A stretch of DNA of 64,000 bases, taken from positions 20,274,001 through 20,338,000 of the forward strand of contig OX597832.1 of the NCBI GenBank assembly GCA_951406725.2. The letters run 5' to 3'. This stretch comes from Octopus vulgaris. Its lineage: Eukaryota. Shown one piece after another: positions 29,217 through 43,565 of this stretch (position 1 is its first letter; each line of letters opens with the position of its first letter). A model generated the notes under the pieces. The model ran no database searches. It saw only the letters and a program-made list of their open reading frames with translations, and had not been told where the DNA came from. A program made the translations under genes and the position numbers.

Positions 29217-29537
29217 GACGTAGAAGACGAAATAATGAAATTGATGATCATTTTTCTGATGATGATGATGATGATGACGACGACAACGATAGTAATGATA
29301 CTGATGATGATTAAGATGGGGGTGGTTGGGTGAGGTGGTTGTGTAGTTGTTTTTGGTACTGGTGGTGTTGGTAGTGTGGGTTATGGTGTTGGTAGTGGTG
29401 GTGTTGATGCTGATGCAGCTGCTGATGATGAAGATGATGATGATCAGAATGAACATTAGTTAAGAAACAGCGAGTAGAGAGTTACACGGAATATGAGATA
29501 AAAAGAGAGACAGAGTGTCAAAATGTATGTATGTATA

Positions 29538-29668
<131 letters not shown>

Positions 29669-29708
29669 CGATAAATAGATGTACATATATAAATATATGT
29701 ATGTGTGA

Positions 29709-29740
<32 letters not shown>

Positions 29741-30325
29741 GCATATATTCCTGTACGCAAATTTGAGTGTGTATGTGCGTGCGCTTATGTGAAAGGCGGA
29801 AAAGATATGATGAAAAGGATTGTCCAGCGTTCTAGGTCTTCTTTATTGTCAGATCTAGTTAGGTTGTCAATGGACCCGAAACCGTACTGCTTGCTTTTAG
29901 CCACTCTCACTTCACACATAAACCATCAACATTTGACTAATACGCCTGAAATCTCACTGTTATGAATGATATAAACTTTCTTATCGAAAGACAACAGCTA
30001 AACCAATTTTTCGCACATACAAACGTACACTAACGTAGCGTTGAAACGATCGAGGATTTACACGCATGCATATATCTGAGTAAATGCAAATATGTGACAA
30101 AACGCTTTCATGTATTCACGCACATGCATATGTATGTATATATATATATATATATATATATACGCACTCGCACACACAAGCCCACACACATATATACAGA
30201 GAGAAAGAGAGAGATGTATTTTATACATATATATATATGCATACATACTCACACATAAATTTATATACATATGCATTCACAAACGCAGACTCATATATGT
30301 ATATGTATATATATGTATATGTATA

Positions 30326-30379
<54 letters not shown>

Positions 30380-30448
30380 TGTATGTGTTATATACCTGCA
30401 CACACTCACACACACACACAGACTAACACATATGTAAATGGTACATCG

Positions 30449-31230
30449 ACGTATCAGATTGAGTAAAAAATAAGCAACGTTTTGAACCATGAAGAATTTG
30501 TAGTGGAATTTTGCAGAGTTTTGAATGTTTTTCAAACATTCTTTTTGCAATTGTCTGATAATACATGCATAGACTTGCCCAAAAGCATCAATAAATTAAC
30601 ATTGATATTTCTTTTCCCCGTTGTTACAATCGTCTGAAATGGCACTGTCAAAGCGCGATTTTCGAGCAATTTTGCTATTCAACTTCAAAAAAGACCGTAA
30701 AGCAGCTGAAACCTCTCGCAATATCAACGAGGCGTTTGATGAGGAAATGACCAGTGAGTGGTCAGCTCGAAAATGGTTTAAACGATTTCGCAGTGGAGAC
30801 CTGAGCCTTGAAGATCGTGAGAGTAGTGGACGCCCATCTGTCATCGGTGACAGTCAATTACAGACCGTCATTGAGAAAGATCCTCGTAAAACCACTGGCT
30901 AAAAACTTCAGGTTAGCCAGAAAATTGCATGCAACCATTACACACGATCTGAAAATCAAAAAACCTCGCCATATAGGCACCACACGATTTGAAGGAGAAT
31001 CAGAAAATATGCTGATATGAAATTTGCTTCGCTTCTTCTTCGTAACCAGACTAATCTATTTCTCAAACGTATTGTAAATTGCGGTGAAACAGGGATTATG
31101 TACAATAATTTTAAAAACATTCTTTGCAGTTGTTGGACCCAAATGAAGCACCGAAAACTTCCCTTCAAAAAGAAGTTTATGGTGACTGTTTCGTGGTGTA
31201 AAGAAAATGCTTTCAACTGGGAATAGACTT
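30449..31230 (+). pseudogene. Mariner transposase pseudogene with putative left TIR
   Basis: From 30639: MALSKRDFRAILLFNFKKDRKAAETSRNINEAF...ARKWFKRFRSGDLSLEDRESSGRP (mariner HTH); later FLKRIVNCGETGIMYNN (degenerate TCDEKW region). Confidence 0.9.
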
Positions 31231-31539
31231 CAATTAAGTTTCCAACCACCGCCGGATTTTGTAAAATGAAATGCATCTTTCGCACAGTATATTTGGTATT
31301 ATAAACATCACAAGTCTATAAATAAAATCATACGAGTATTCGTATTTTGCCTGACGAACACTGTGCATCGCTCGGACCAGGATTTATAACATGTTTTGAT
31401 TATGAGGGCAATACGTAAACCACAAAGCGTGTGTGTGTGTCTGCTTGTGTGTGTATATATAGAAAGAGAGAGTGAATGAGACAGAAGGAGAAAAGCGTTA
31501 GTCGTGTACAGTGATCAATAAGAGATTATATAAATGACA

Positions 31540-31772
31540 AGGGAACATGAAATTTACCAGGGGATTGCACCTAGAATGTTACCCTAGAAGGCACAGGTCC
31601 ACGCAACGTTGTTCAGGGAAGACCAGCAGTTGCCCATGCATACCAGCTTCTATTCCCCACGCTTCCGATGTTATGGAAGGAAGGGAAGGGTGAATCCTGA
31701 TGCAGCGTTGCCCCAGTGACTTCGCAACTCATTTCTACGGCTGATTGAACCAGAGCAACGTGAATATAAAGA
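31540..31772 (-). mobile_element. Degenerate SINE/retroposon fragment
   Basis: CTCATTTCTACGGCTGATTGAACCAGAGCAACGTGAA block resembles a SINE central region in reverse; single copy here. Confidence 0.45.
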
Positions 31773-32150
31773 GTGTGAGTGGATTTGGTAGACGGAAACT
31801 GAAAGAAGCCCATCGTATATATATATGTTTCTTTATTGCCCATAAGAGGCTAAACATAGAGGGACAAACAAGGACAGACAAACGGATCAAGTCGATTACA
31901 TCGACCCCAGTAAGTAACTGGTACTTAATTTATCGACCCCGAAAGGATGAAAGGCAAAGTCGACCTCGGCGGAATTTGAACTCAGCCCATCGTATATGTA
32001 TATGTATATGTGTGCTTGTTATTTATGTCTGTGTTTGTCCCCTCCACTATCGCTTAACAACCGATGGTGGTGTGTCGGTAAAAGAAACCGATAGACTATG
32101 TACTAGGCTTACAAAGAATACGTCCTGGGGTTGAATTGTTCGACTAAAAG
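31773..32150 (+). mobile_element. Group B SINE interrupted by a group A fragment (31828-31985, minus strand)
   Basis: AGCCCATCGTATAT occurs on both sides of the inserted group A piece. Confidence 0.85.
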
Positions 32151-32321
32151 AATATATATATACATATACATATATATAAACATATATTAATTTCTAAATT
32201 CACACTACCTCAATATATACCGTTATATATATATATATGTGTGTATATATGTCTATACATACATATATGTATATATGATATCTATATATATATTATGTAT
32301 ATTATACACACACACACACAT

Positions 32322-32361
<40 letters not shown>

Positions 32362-32427
32362 GTATTAGTTTATTAATTCTTATTACCTCAAGATATACCG
32401 TTATATATATATATGCATATGTATATG

Positions 32428-32470
<43 letters not shown>

Positions 32471-33019
32471 GGAGGGAGAGAGATTTAGATAGATATACAG
32501 ATAGATAGATATATAGAGAGTTAGATATTCATACACATTAGTGTATTTACATTTGTATGTGTATTATATGTGCAAACACATACACACGCACACAAAAACC
32601 CACACATAAACACACACACACAAACACAGACATAAACACACACACACATACAGCCTCGCATACAAGCATACTGACACAGACATTTGTTCGTAGATTTAAT
32701 TCTCTAACACGCTAAGCATTGTGTCTTACATTTTATTTCTATACACACATTTTGATATAAGAGAACATTCTCTCTGGAACAGCAAAGATGTCTGTAACTT
32801 GAAACAAAAAAAGAAACAAAATCAAACACAGCAGCAACAACAACAACAACAACAACCTCTTCTATGTAACCACTACCCTTCACTTAGTTTCCTTCTTCAA
32901 CTGGCACACCTTTGGAATCCTTTTTCAAGGACTACGATGTCTATATTATTATCAAGCAGCCCAGCCTTATACGCCCCTGAACGCCCTTTCTCTCCCAACA
33001 CGGAGACAGATATTTATGC

Positions 33020-33094
<75 letters not shown>

Positions 33095-33449
33095 CATACA
33101 CACATTCTCTCTCTGCAACACTCCACCTGAAACCGTAATTCGGATGACGCTAGTAAATTAACTACTTGCTACCTGAAACCGTCTGCTTCCTACAGCCCAC
33201 TCTACAGATTAAACACTACCCAAGAGTATCCAGGTGGTCCCCTAATAATTCATGTTTCCTTCGTTGAGCATGTGTGTTTATGTGCCTGTACGTGAGGGTG
33301 TATGTATGTATGTATGTATGTGCGTGTGTATGTGCATATAAGCATACATATATATTGAAATATGTATAGGTCTATGTATGCATTCATGTATGAATGTGTG
33401 AGTGTATCTGTCTATACATACATATGATGCGTGTACATCAAGATATATT

Positions 33450-33493
<44 letters not shown>

Positions 33494-34283
33494 CATGCCT
33501 ATATATATATACCTATGCTTATATACGTATATATATATATACACACACGCGCGCACCTACATATACATACACTTACACACTCACATACATAAGTATCTAT
33601 CAATCCATATGTACATAAAATATATATATATATATGTGTGTGTGATGTACTTATATATATGTGTGTATATATGTATATATATATATATATTTATATTCAT
33701 ATATATATATATACATGCATGCATATGTAGATGTGTGTATAGGTACATATATATGCATCTATATACACATATATACATATATATACATACTGTAGAGATT
33801 TTTTGTGTGTGTGTGTATATATATGCGTGTATGTGCACGTATGCATTTGTATATGTATGTATGCATGCAAGTATGTATATATATATATATATATATATAT
33901 GAATGTATGTAGGAACGTATGTATGTATATATAAACTTGTTTCTTAACGATGAGAACGATTTCGGATGAAAATAGTTCAAAGCTATTTCATGTCACTCTC
34001 AATAATTACGAGAGCCGCTCGTTACTATATATATATGTATATACATTTTTTTTTCGCTATATTTCCTTTTCATTGTTTTTTCACTTTTCCACCAGACTTA
34101 ACAGTGGGTTGGATATGGTACTGACATAAGGAAATCTGCACCAGCCCTTCTTTGCCTCCTATATACTTTAGACATTTCCTATCCCTCTATTCTGTTGTAT
34201 TGTTTGAAAACATGAAGCTATTATCTGCCTCATCATCATCATCATCACCATTACTTTTATTATTATTATTATTATTATTATTA

Positions 34284-34362
<79 letters not shown>

Positions 34363-34457
34363 CATTATTATTATCATTATTATTATTATTATTATTAATA
34401 TTATCAGTATCATTATTATTTTTATTATTATTATTATTATTATTATCATTATTATAA

Positions 34458-34518
<61 letters not shown>

Positions 34519-34699
34519 CATGACCAACATCCTTATTCTCATTACTGCTATTCTTGCTAGTATTACTGTTGTAGTTAATTATTATCATTATTTATATCAT
34601 TATCATCATCAATGTCGTCGTCGTCGTCGTCATCATTGTTATCATCATCATCGTCACCATCATCTTCGTTTTTGTTATTCTCTCTTCTCCTTTTTCATA

Positions 34700-34767
<68 letters not shown>

Positions 34768-34769
34768 GA

Positions 34770-35195
34770 TGCAGCGAGAAGGAAGAATCGCTAGCACACC
34801 AGAAGAAATAATGCTTGCCAGCATTTCGTTGGTCGTTACAATGTGAGTTCAAATTCCGCCTTGGTCCACTTTGCCTTTCATCTTTTCGGAGTCGATAATT
34901 TATGTACCAGTGAAACACTGGGGTCGATGTAATTGAGTAGACCCCCTTCCCGCACAATTTCAGGCCTTGTGCCTATTGTAGAAAGGATTATTATTATTAT
35001 TTTTATTATTATCATTATTATTGCGGCAGTGATCTGACAGATTCGTTAGCATGTCAGACGAAATGCTTAACGGGGTTCAATTTCCGCAGCGGTCGACTTT
35101 GCCTTCCATTGTTTCAGAGTCGATAAATTAAATACTAGTGAAACAGTGAGGCATATGTAAAAAGATTGAAGCCTTGAGCCTCCTGTAGAAAGGTT
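34770..35195 (+). mobile_element. Two group A SINEs (tail type 2) within (ATT)n
   Basis: Heads near 34770 and 35023; first tail GCCTTGTGCCTATTGTAGAAAGGATTATT. Confidence 0.8.
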
Positions 35196-35334
35196 TTATA
35201 TTATTTTGAATAATATTTTTTAGCAGTCTTATGTTCATGGCGTACTTTCACTACACAATCGCGGATGTTAGGCTCCATGCATCGTTAGGAGCTTTCTTGA
35301 CTTCTTATCCATCTCCTTTGCTCCTCCTCTGTCC

Positions 35335-35386
<52 letters not shown>

Positions 35387-35673
35387 GTTTTTATTGTTGT
35401 TGTTGTTGTTGTTGTTATGAAACATTTTAAAGAACTGGCATAATTAAATATGAACAAGCATAACAGAAGACGTTCAATTAAGTGAAACTATTTTTACCAT
35501 TCCCGAATGCAGCGTTTAATCTTCAAACTCTCAAGTGCAATGTCATTTACTCCCGTGTTTTAAATATCCGATAAAGGCAACGTAGGAGTATTTAGACGGC
35601 CATTTGGCCTGCTAGTAACAGGAATCAAATCTCCTTGAAATTACTGGATTTCATTCGGTAAGCGTTAAATTGA

Positions 35674-35731
<58 letters not shown>

Positions 35732-35752
35732 TATATATATATAAATAAATAA

Positions 35753-35810
<58 letters not shown>

Positions 35811-35813
<3 letters not shown>

Positions 35814-35973
35814 CGCAGGAGTGGCTGTGTGGTAAGTAGCTTGCTAACCAACCACATGGTTCCGGGTTCAGTCCCACTGCGTGGCATCTTGGGCAAGTGT
35901 CTTCTGCTATAGCCTCGGGCCGACCAAAGCCTTGTGAGTGGATTTGGTAGACGGAAACTGAAAGAAGCCTGTC

Positions 35974-36031
<58 letters not shown>

Positions 36032-36207
36032 ATGTTTGTCCCTCTAGCATTGCTTGACAACCGATGCTGGTGTGTTTACGTGTCCTCGTCACTTAACGGT
36101 TCGGCAAAAGAGACCGATAGAATAAGTACTGGGTTTACAAAGAATAAGTCCCGGGGTAGATTTGCTCGACTAAACGCGGTGCTCCAGCATGGCCGTAACA
36201 AGTAAAA
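35811..36207 (+). mobile_element. Group B CORE-type SINE, near full length, flanked by (TA)n
   Basis: Close match to 17712-18125. Confidence 0.92.
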
Positions 36208-36862
36208 GTGTATATATATATATATATATAAATAGAAGCTGTCTTATATACATTATACCTGAAAAAATAACAAAAGAATGATTAAAAATAAAAGAAAAAA
36301 ATAGAGAGGATCAGCTTTGATCATATGACTGCACGATTAGAGCTGGCATGGGGTTAAAAACCAACGACAAAAACAACAACAACAACATCAACAAAAATAT
36401 CAAACAACAGCAACAGCAGCAGGATGATGACTGCAACAACGGCAACATCCGAGAAAATACCGATGTTAACGATGAATTTTATTTTTTTATGGACGTTGTG
36501 CTTGAAGCGAATAAAAAAAAATATTAACTTGCGGAGGAACATAGCGTAACGCGGCCATTAATATTAAATGAGAGTCGCTATTAATTTAAAAAAAAACTAA
36601 AGAAATGAAATACAGAAGAAAATAAAAAATAAAATAAATAAGAAAAAAAAAGACTCACTTGGTTGTGTGATTCGGTGTTATGATATCCTATTTTAATAAC
36701 TAAGAAATAAAGAAGGAAAAATAACAAAATAACTTTGAGAAAATGGGTTGGCGATATTATAGGCATCATAAAGTAATCGATTATCAATCACTGATACACG
36801 GCAGTTATTTCTACTCGATTACTTGTCTTCATGCCTAATTAATCAACCATTGTAATTATTTC

Positions 36863-36936
<74 letters not shown>

Positions 36937-37117
36937 CTGAAATAATGTTGATTATCATGAAGATGATGATGTGGAGGAGGAGGAGGAATGGGAGGAGGTG
37001 CAGGGGGAACAGGATGCTGATGCAAATGTCGACAATGGTGATGATGATAGTGATGGTGGGAAAGTGATTGTCTTGATGGTGATGATTCATGACGACGACG
37101 GCGACGACGACGACGAC

Positions 37118-37151
<34 letters not shown>

Positions 37152-39829
37152 CAAGGAAATGACGATGGAAACGATGCTCGTGATGATGCTGATCAGTGTT
37201 ATTACCCATGTCATCATTAGTATGCAAACCGCAAACGCGAGTTCCAGGCCCAAACCACGATCCTCATCACCATCGTCGTCCCCCTCCTCTTCCCCTCCTC
37301 ATCATCATTATCCTCCTCCTCCTTCTCTTCTTCATTATCTTCATCCGCGCTCACCACCTTCATAATCATCGTCATTATTCTTCAACAAACACTGCAAAAG
37401 TACCACGTATTTCTTTATCCCCATCCACACCAACATCTGCCATCATTATTATTGCTACCATTATCCTTGTTATTGTTGTTGTTGTTGTTGTTGTGGTGGT
37501 GGTGGTGGTGGTGGTGTTACTTTGTTGGTGGTATTCAGACAATGCCAGATGAAATTTGTTTTTGCGTATTTTCCACGATTTTAATGACTTCTGGACTTCG
37601 TGTACCGATAAACGCGTTAGAAATGAAAATCATTTGATTTTATTTATATTACTAACTTTTTCTAACTACATCCCAAGAGGAAAACGACTGACAGATACAC
37701 ACAGAGTACAAACACAAACGAAAGACATGATACTGCAGCATTTGCAACAGAGATTGTAGCAGGAAAAAATTATAAACATCTTCATAAACGAAAAATCGAA
37801 GAAAAATATTTCGAACCATCTAACAAATAATTATGAAGATACTGACCACAGTATCTAATACTAGCACAGTGACAAACATTCTAAGACATTCATATTTGTT
37901 GAACCTAGTCTTTTTTCTGTTGCAATAAAAAATATGTCTCAGAAAAAAAGAATCGAAATTATTTCGTAAAATCAGTGTTTTTGGCTGCAAGTTCTATATC
38001 ACAAGAGAGAGGAAGAAAATATTTATATGTTAAAGAAAATATAAGGTTGAAAGACAGCAATAAGAAGCATTCGCTGAAAGAAATTTCGGGTGAAATGTTT
38101 GTCAGTAGAAAGGGGAAAGATTTATGTTAGCAACTACTGCACTTTTGAAAACGAAGACTTTGTTCACCTGCAAACTGAATTGTTTTGATATAACTCCACC
38201 CATACACTTTTGCCCCACTATTTAGGGCAAAGAATTAAAAACCTGACAATAAGAGGAATTCAAAATAATGTGGATCTGTGACTTGCCGTCACTTTTGTAT
38301 CACAGTAAGGGCGGGTTTTAAAACCGAGCTGAAGAGAAATGACGTTTGAGAAAAAAGTCCAAATGGGTTTCTAAGAACGAATTACCTGTGAATGCTATAA
38401 AGCATTACGGGTACTGATCCATTTGAGGGTGCTTAGACAAGAGATCTAAAGTTGCTGGGGTAGACAAAAACACCTAGTTGGTACACGTGATGTAAAAATA
38501 ATTTCAAGAACGAAAAACCTTCCTTCTACGAAATGCACAATATTTGAGTTGTCTTCAGTAACCGCAAGGGGTGATCTTAGTTAGACCTAAGTACCAGAGT
38601 GCTATGGTTATATAGAACTACATCATCCAAACGCTGCTTTCCCTCACTGTTTTTACTTCATTACCAGCCCTTCAAAAAATGTCATTCCGTTTAATTCCAA
38701 ATTCAATTTCATTAGTCTTAAACCATTATCTTCTCTTCTTTCCCACCTTGATTTATTGTAGAATTTTACCTCTGCTACACTTAATTTTTTCCTGCTGGTA
38801 TGCAATTTACTGCAACGCGCTATCAGTTTACTAAGCTATATGTGTGTGTGTTTGTGTGTGTGTTTGCATGCATACATCTCACTATATTATGAATGAATTG
38901 CTCGTTAAAACAGGCTTTGTCACTTATCATGTTAAGTATTGAGAAAATAAATATCATTCATGTACTAGGGCCACTTATGTCGATCGTTACATCCGCGTTA
39001 ATACCAAGTTCATAATTCTTTTAAAATCCGTATTATTTTCACGTTCTTTGACATACAGAATTTCAAAATATACATTTTCTCGAAAATGAATATATGAAAG
39101 ATAACATAAAAGCTATCGATCCCAGTATAATGTGCATGTCTTTGGTATGATTTAAGAGATGAATAGATAACAGGAATATATTTCAATGAATAGAAAATAT
39201 TAGTTTTAATGTATTAAGAATTGTTATAAAGTCTTGGGGTTTTCCCCGAGTTCTAAAGCGAACGGAATGGAAGAATACTTCATATATTCTTGTCTAAAAC
39301 AAAACCATAAAATACACCATTTTGTTAAGTGCTTTACATACAAAATAAGCTTAAAAGTAACGAAGTATATTTACTTAGGCCGTAATGAAAATCTTATCAA
39401 TTCTCTGGATTATATTTTGTTGAAAGTTAATGACGAAAGCTTTTGAACTAAGTAATAAGGAGGGTTTGAAAAGAATCTCTCTAACGATTTTACTGAGCTG
39501 TTTCGAAATCGACTGTTGTAATATATGCTTTCTTATAATGATGAAACCAAGAGGCATAAGTTATATAATAAGTTATATTTCTTACTTTATTTCAATACAA
39601 CACGTTTGTTTATTGTTTTAAGAAAACAACTAATGTGAGTGTCAACTACCTGTCAAAAACACTGCCACATCTGATTAATGCTATGGATTAGTGCGAATCA
39701 TTTCATTTACCTTTTAATGTATAAATCTCGCCGAGTTCCGATTGGAATATTTTTGTTAATTCACTTACGTATATATATATTTATATAAATTAACACACAC
39801 ATATGCACGCAAACACAGACACACACACA

Positions 39830-39866
<37 letters not shown>

Positions 39867-39904
39867 ACACACACACACACACACAGACAGACACACAATT
39901 ACAG

Positions 39905-40044
39905 CGTGGAAGGTGTTTATAAGCCATTTAAGAAACACACAAAATCCGTTAGATTCACTTCAAAGTTTAAATTTAATTTGTCAAAATATTTTCGTCGCTT
40001 TGAGACCGCGACCAGTTCACTGACAAAATTCCGTGCTGCATCAA

Positions 40045-40045
<1 letters not shown>
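39905..40045 (-). mobile_element. Penelope-like fragment with a variant hammerhead fold
   Basis: Lies between (CA)n and (TA)n; contains the fold at 39978-40027. Confidence 0.6.
39978..40027 (-). ncRNA. Candidate minimal hammerhead, G3-C8 core variant
   Basis: tttgtca-GUGAACU-g-gtcgc[ggtctcaaa]gcgac-GAAA-atat-UU-tgacaaa. Confidence 0.6.
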
Positions 40046-40083
<38 letters not shown>

Positions 40084-40237
40084 AATATTCTTTTATTGTT
40101 TCATTCTTTTTCCTTCACTCATTGGACTGCGGCCATGCTAGAGCACCACGTTTAGCCGATGAAATCAACCCAAGGTTTATTTTTTGTATGTCTAGTACTT
40201 ATATATAATAATATGTATATATGCATAAATATGTGTT

Positions 40238-40271
<34 letters not shown>

Positions 40272-40680
40272 ACAAATATCTATATGCATATGTGTATATA
40301 CACAGACACATACACACACACGGGCGCGCACACACAGATATACGTGCATATGTATATGTACATAATATATACATGCACGGATGTTTGTATGTTCGTAAAA
40401 ACTGAAAAGCAATATTTACAATTTAGCATTTAAATAATTGTTTCGAAAAAGTCACAAGAATTCTTTTGAAATAAAGTGAAATTTATTCGACACTGACATC
40501 TACATAATACCTATTCCGTTGCATAGACAGCAAATTACATAACGCGCGTTTTTAATAAATATTTAGCTAAACGAAACACACTTTTAATAATACATTTCTC
40601 TACATATATCTCCTCAATATATATATATATACATATATATAGAGAGAGAGACATATATGTATATATACATATATATATAT

Positions 40681-41040
40681 AGGGTGCCTAAGATATTTGA
40701 GGACAGATTTATTAACAGATAATAACTTTATTTAGCAAAAAAAGGTATGAGGTTAAAAATTAACTTTCTTTTCTATAAAATTATCTTCAGCTTCAACTGC
40801 TTCTATATGAGATCTAAATCATATACGTGCTCGAATCAAGTAGTCCTGATTCGTTTTATACATTACTCTGACTATTTCTAAATCAATACTCTCTGCCATA
40901 ATTACAGCATGCCTGTCCATTTTTTGGGTAAAGTAAGGTTCTGCCTTTACTATTCTCTGAGATAAAGATCATAAAGTGTTAGCAAAAAATGCAGCAACGC
41001 CCCCCAAAAGGTATGTCCTCAAATTACTTTACGGACCCTG
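40681..41040 (-). mobile_element. Internally deleted Tc1/mariner element
   Basis: TIRs AGGGTGCCTAAGATATTTGAGGACA and reverse complement CAGGGTCCGTAAAGTAATTTGAGGACA in TA context; minus-strand remnant NQDYLIRARI*FRSHIEAVEAEDNFIE. Confidence 0.8.
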
Positions 41041-41047
41041 TATATAC

Positions 41048-41089
<42 letters not shown>

Positions 41090-41092
<3 letters not shown>

Positions 41093-41245
41093 GGGAGAAT
41101 TCGCACAAAAACAAAAGACGAAGACAGGTGGTGTAGATAACAAACAGGTGTATTAGTATAACGCTCGGGAAGTGAAAATGTCTTAACGTTTCGACCCTAC
41201 GCTCTTCCACAGGAAGGAACACAAAAAGAAACAAGGAGAGAAAAA
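41090..41245 (-). mobile_element. Penelope-like fragment with a hammerhead-shaped motif
   Basis: Minus strand reads CUGUGGA-a-gagc[gtag]ggtc-GAAA-cg-UU-aag; begins at (TA)n. Confidence 0.65.
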
Positions 41246-41249
41246 TTAA

Positions 41250-41985
41250 TGTATCCCGAAATCCCAACAGTGGCTGAGAAGCTCAGGAAATCAAAGCAGA
41301 GACTGAAGGATTTTAATTGCAGTACAAGATCAAAACCTTCCCGCCAGAAATCACCAAAAGCATGTAATGAAAAGAAATGCAAGTAACTGCGGAATAAGTG
41401 GTGATGGAGAAGAAACGATAAATCTCTGGCTCTGGCTGCCCAGTCCTGGTTAAGAATGAATATATTCACAGACACGACGGAGTTAGGATCAATATATACT
41501 GGGAGCTATACCAAAATTATGGAATAAGAAGAGAAAAAAGATGGTATAGGCACACACCAGAAAAAGCCACAGTAAACGAGAAAGCCACCATATTCTAGGA
41601 TATGCCAATACACACAGATAAATAAATGAAGGCTAATAGGCTGGACATAGTTGTCAGAGATCTACAAGGAAAATAAAACGCTTTCTAATTGATGTATTAA
41701 TACAACTTTCAAAATACAAAAATCTGGAAATAGAGGTTACTCAAAAGTGCATCCTAAAAACAGTAACAGTTCCTATTGTATTAGGCGCATTAGGTATGAT
41801 AAAAATCATTCAGACAAATACATATCAAAAACACTGGGACTTACAAGTATATATAACATACAGGAAGTAGTACTATTAAGCACTGCACACATCCTACGTA
41901 AAACACTTTCAATACTGTGAATATAAGAGCAGCGCAAGAAACCACAGCACATATACCTTAGGTACATACAGCACATATACCTTAG
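41250..41985 (+). mobile_element. Dong/R4-clade LINE 3' fragment (zinc-knuckle region and restriction-like endonuclease), decayed
   Basis: SQQWLRSSGIKAETEG, YIHRHDGVG, WYRHTPEK, ANRLDIVVRD, FLIDV, LSKYKNLEIEV, VPIVLGALG and TAHILRKTL motifs across frameshifts. Confidence 0.88.
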
Positions 41986-41989
41986 CCCA

Positions 41990-43002
41990 TCATCCGCGTA
42001 CGTACACCGATCGCCTCTACATGAAGAAGGCAAATGGAGGAAGAGGACCGATAAGTGTGGAAGACTGCGTGTGTTTCGAACTCAAGAGCTTAATAAGATA
42101 ACGAGCCTAAAGTAAGGAAACGTTGTTAGTAACAGTTAGAAACGAAGGAGTATTGAAAGAAGACAAAAAAAAAAAAGAATGAAGAGGTACAAAAAAGACA
42201 TGAAAAATTACGCAAGCAGAGACTACACAATCAAATCCATGTAGCCACAACAGAGGTTGTTGGATAAAATAGGTGGGATAGGCTGATGAATGGAACGGTA
42301 AGGAAAGAGACTGTGAGCACTACACTGGCAGCGCAAGACAAGCTTTGGCTACGAACTGGAGGGTCAACCTTAGGAAAGAGTGTCTCTGCTGTGAATTAAA
42401 CCATTGCCCATATCACGAACGAATGTCCAAGACTTACCCCAAAACCATTACAAGTTGTGGCGAAACGATCAGGTAGCGAAAGCGCTACTTTGGAAACTGT
42501 GTGGAAATTGGGGACAAGAGAGAGACAAGACGTGGTATGTGCTAAAACCGCAGAGAGTGGAGAAGTAGGAGACTAACAAAATCCTCTGGGATTTCCCAGT
42601 CCAAACAGATCAGGTGCTAGTGCATGACAGACAGGACCAAATGGTGGTGGACAATGTGCACCACATACGCTATATAGTTGATGTTGTATGCCCCTCTAAC
42701 CCACGGATAGTCAAGAAGGAAGGTAAAAAATTAGATAAATACAACCCTGTCAAGTAAGGAATAGCTCGGATTTGGAAAAGGAACAAATCCTGCGATAAAG
42801 AGTGAATAATAAAAATAAAATAATAATGTATATGTTGCCCAGTAAAACTGTTACAAAAAGTTTGCCTCGTTGGCACGACCTGAATAATTAGGAAAGTATT
42901 ATATAGCTGAAAAGGACGGATAGCACGGTACCGTAGGCTGCAGGTAGCAGACCTGCGACGCATGCAATCCAGGAGATCCAACAAAACATGTGATAAAGAG
43001 AA
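41990..43002 (+). mobile_element. Second Dong/R4-clade LINE 3' fragment, different family, ending in (AAT)n
   Basis: KETVSTTLAAQD, TIAHITNECP, DQVAKALLWKLC, KILWDFPVQTD, IVDVVCP and QKVCLVGT..IIRKVL motifs; the 3' UTR runs into (AAT)n at about 43003-43285. Confidence 0.85.
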
Positions 43003-43016
43003 AATAATAAAAATAA

Positions 43017-43057
<41 letters not shown>

Positions 43058-43076
43058 TAATAATAGTAGAATAGTA

Positions 43077-43113
<37 letters not shown>

Positions 43114-43124
43114 TAATAATAGTA

Positions 43125-43158
<34 letters not shown>

Positions 43159-43211
43159 TAATAATAGTAGTAGTAATAATAATAATAATAATAATAGTAA
43201 TAGTAATAGTA

Positions 43212-43280
<69 letters not shown>

Positions 43281-43288
43281 GATAATAA

Positions 43289-43502
43289 TTCTTTCTACTA
43301 TAGGCACAAGGCCTGGAAGATTTGGGAGAGGGACTTGTCGATTACATCGACCCCATTGTTTCACTAGTAGTTAATTTATCGACCGCGAAAAGCTAAAACG
43401 CAAAGTCGACCTCGGCGGAATTTGGATTCAGAACGTAAAGACCGACGAAACACCGTTAAGCATTTCGCTCGGCGCGGTAACGATTCTGCCAGCTCGCCAC
43501 CT
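43289..43502 (-). mobile_element. Group A SINE, full length (tail type 2), inside AAT/AAC repeats
   Basis: Matches 4654-4854. Confidence 0.9.
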
Positions 43503-43533
43503 TAATAACAATGATAATAATAATAACAACAAT

Positions 43534-43565
<32 letters not shown>

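Noticed and set aside
33125-33185. Twice-repeated ACCTGAAACCGT around CGGATGA
   Set aside because: Five unpaired bases precede GAAA and there is no stem I; not a credible hammerhead.
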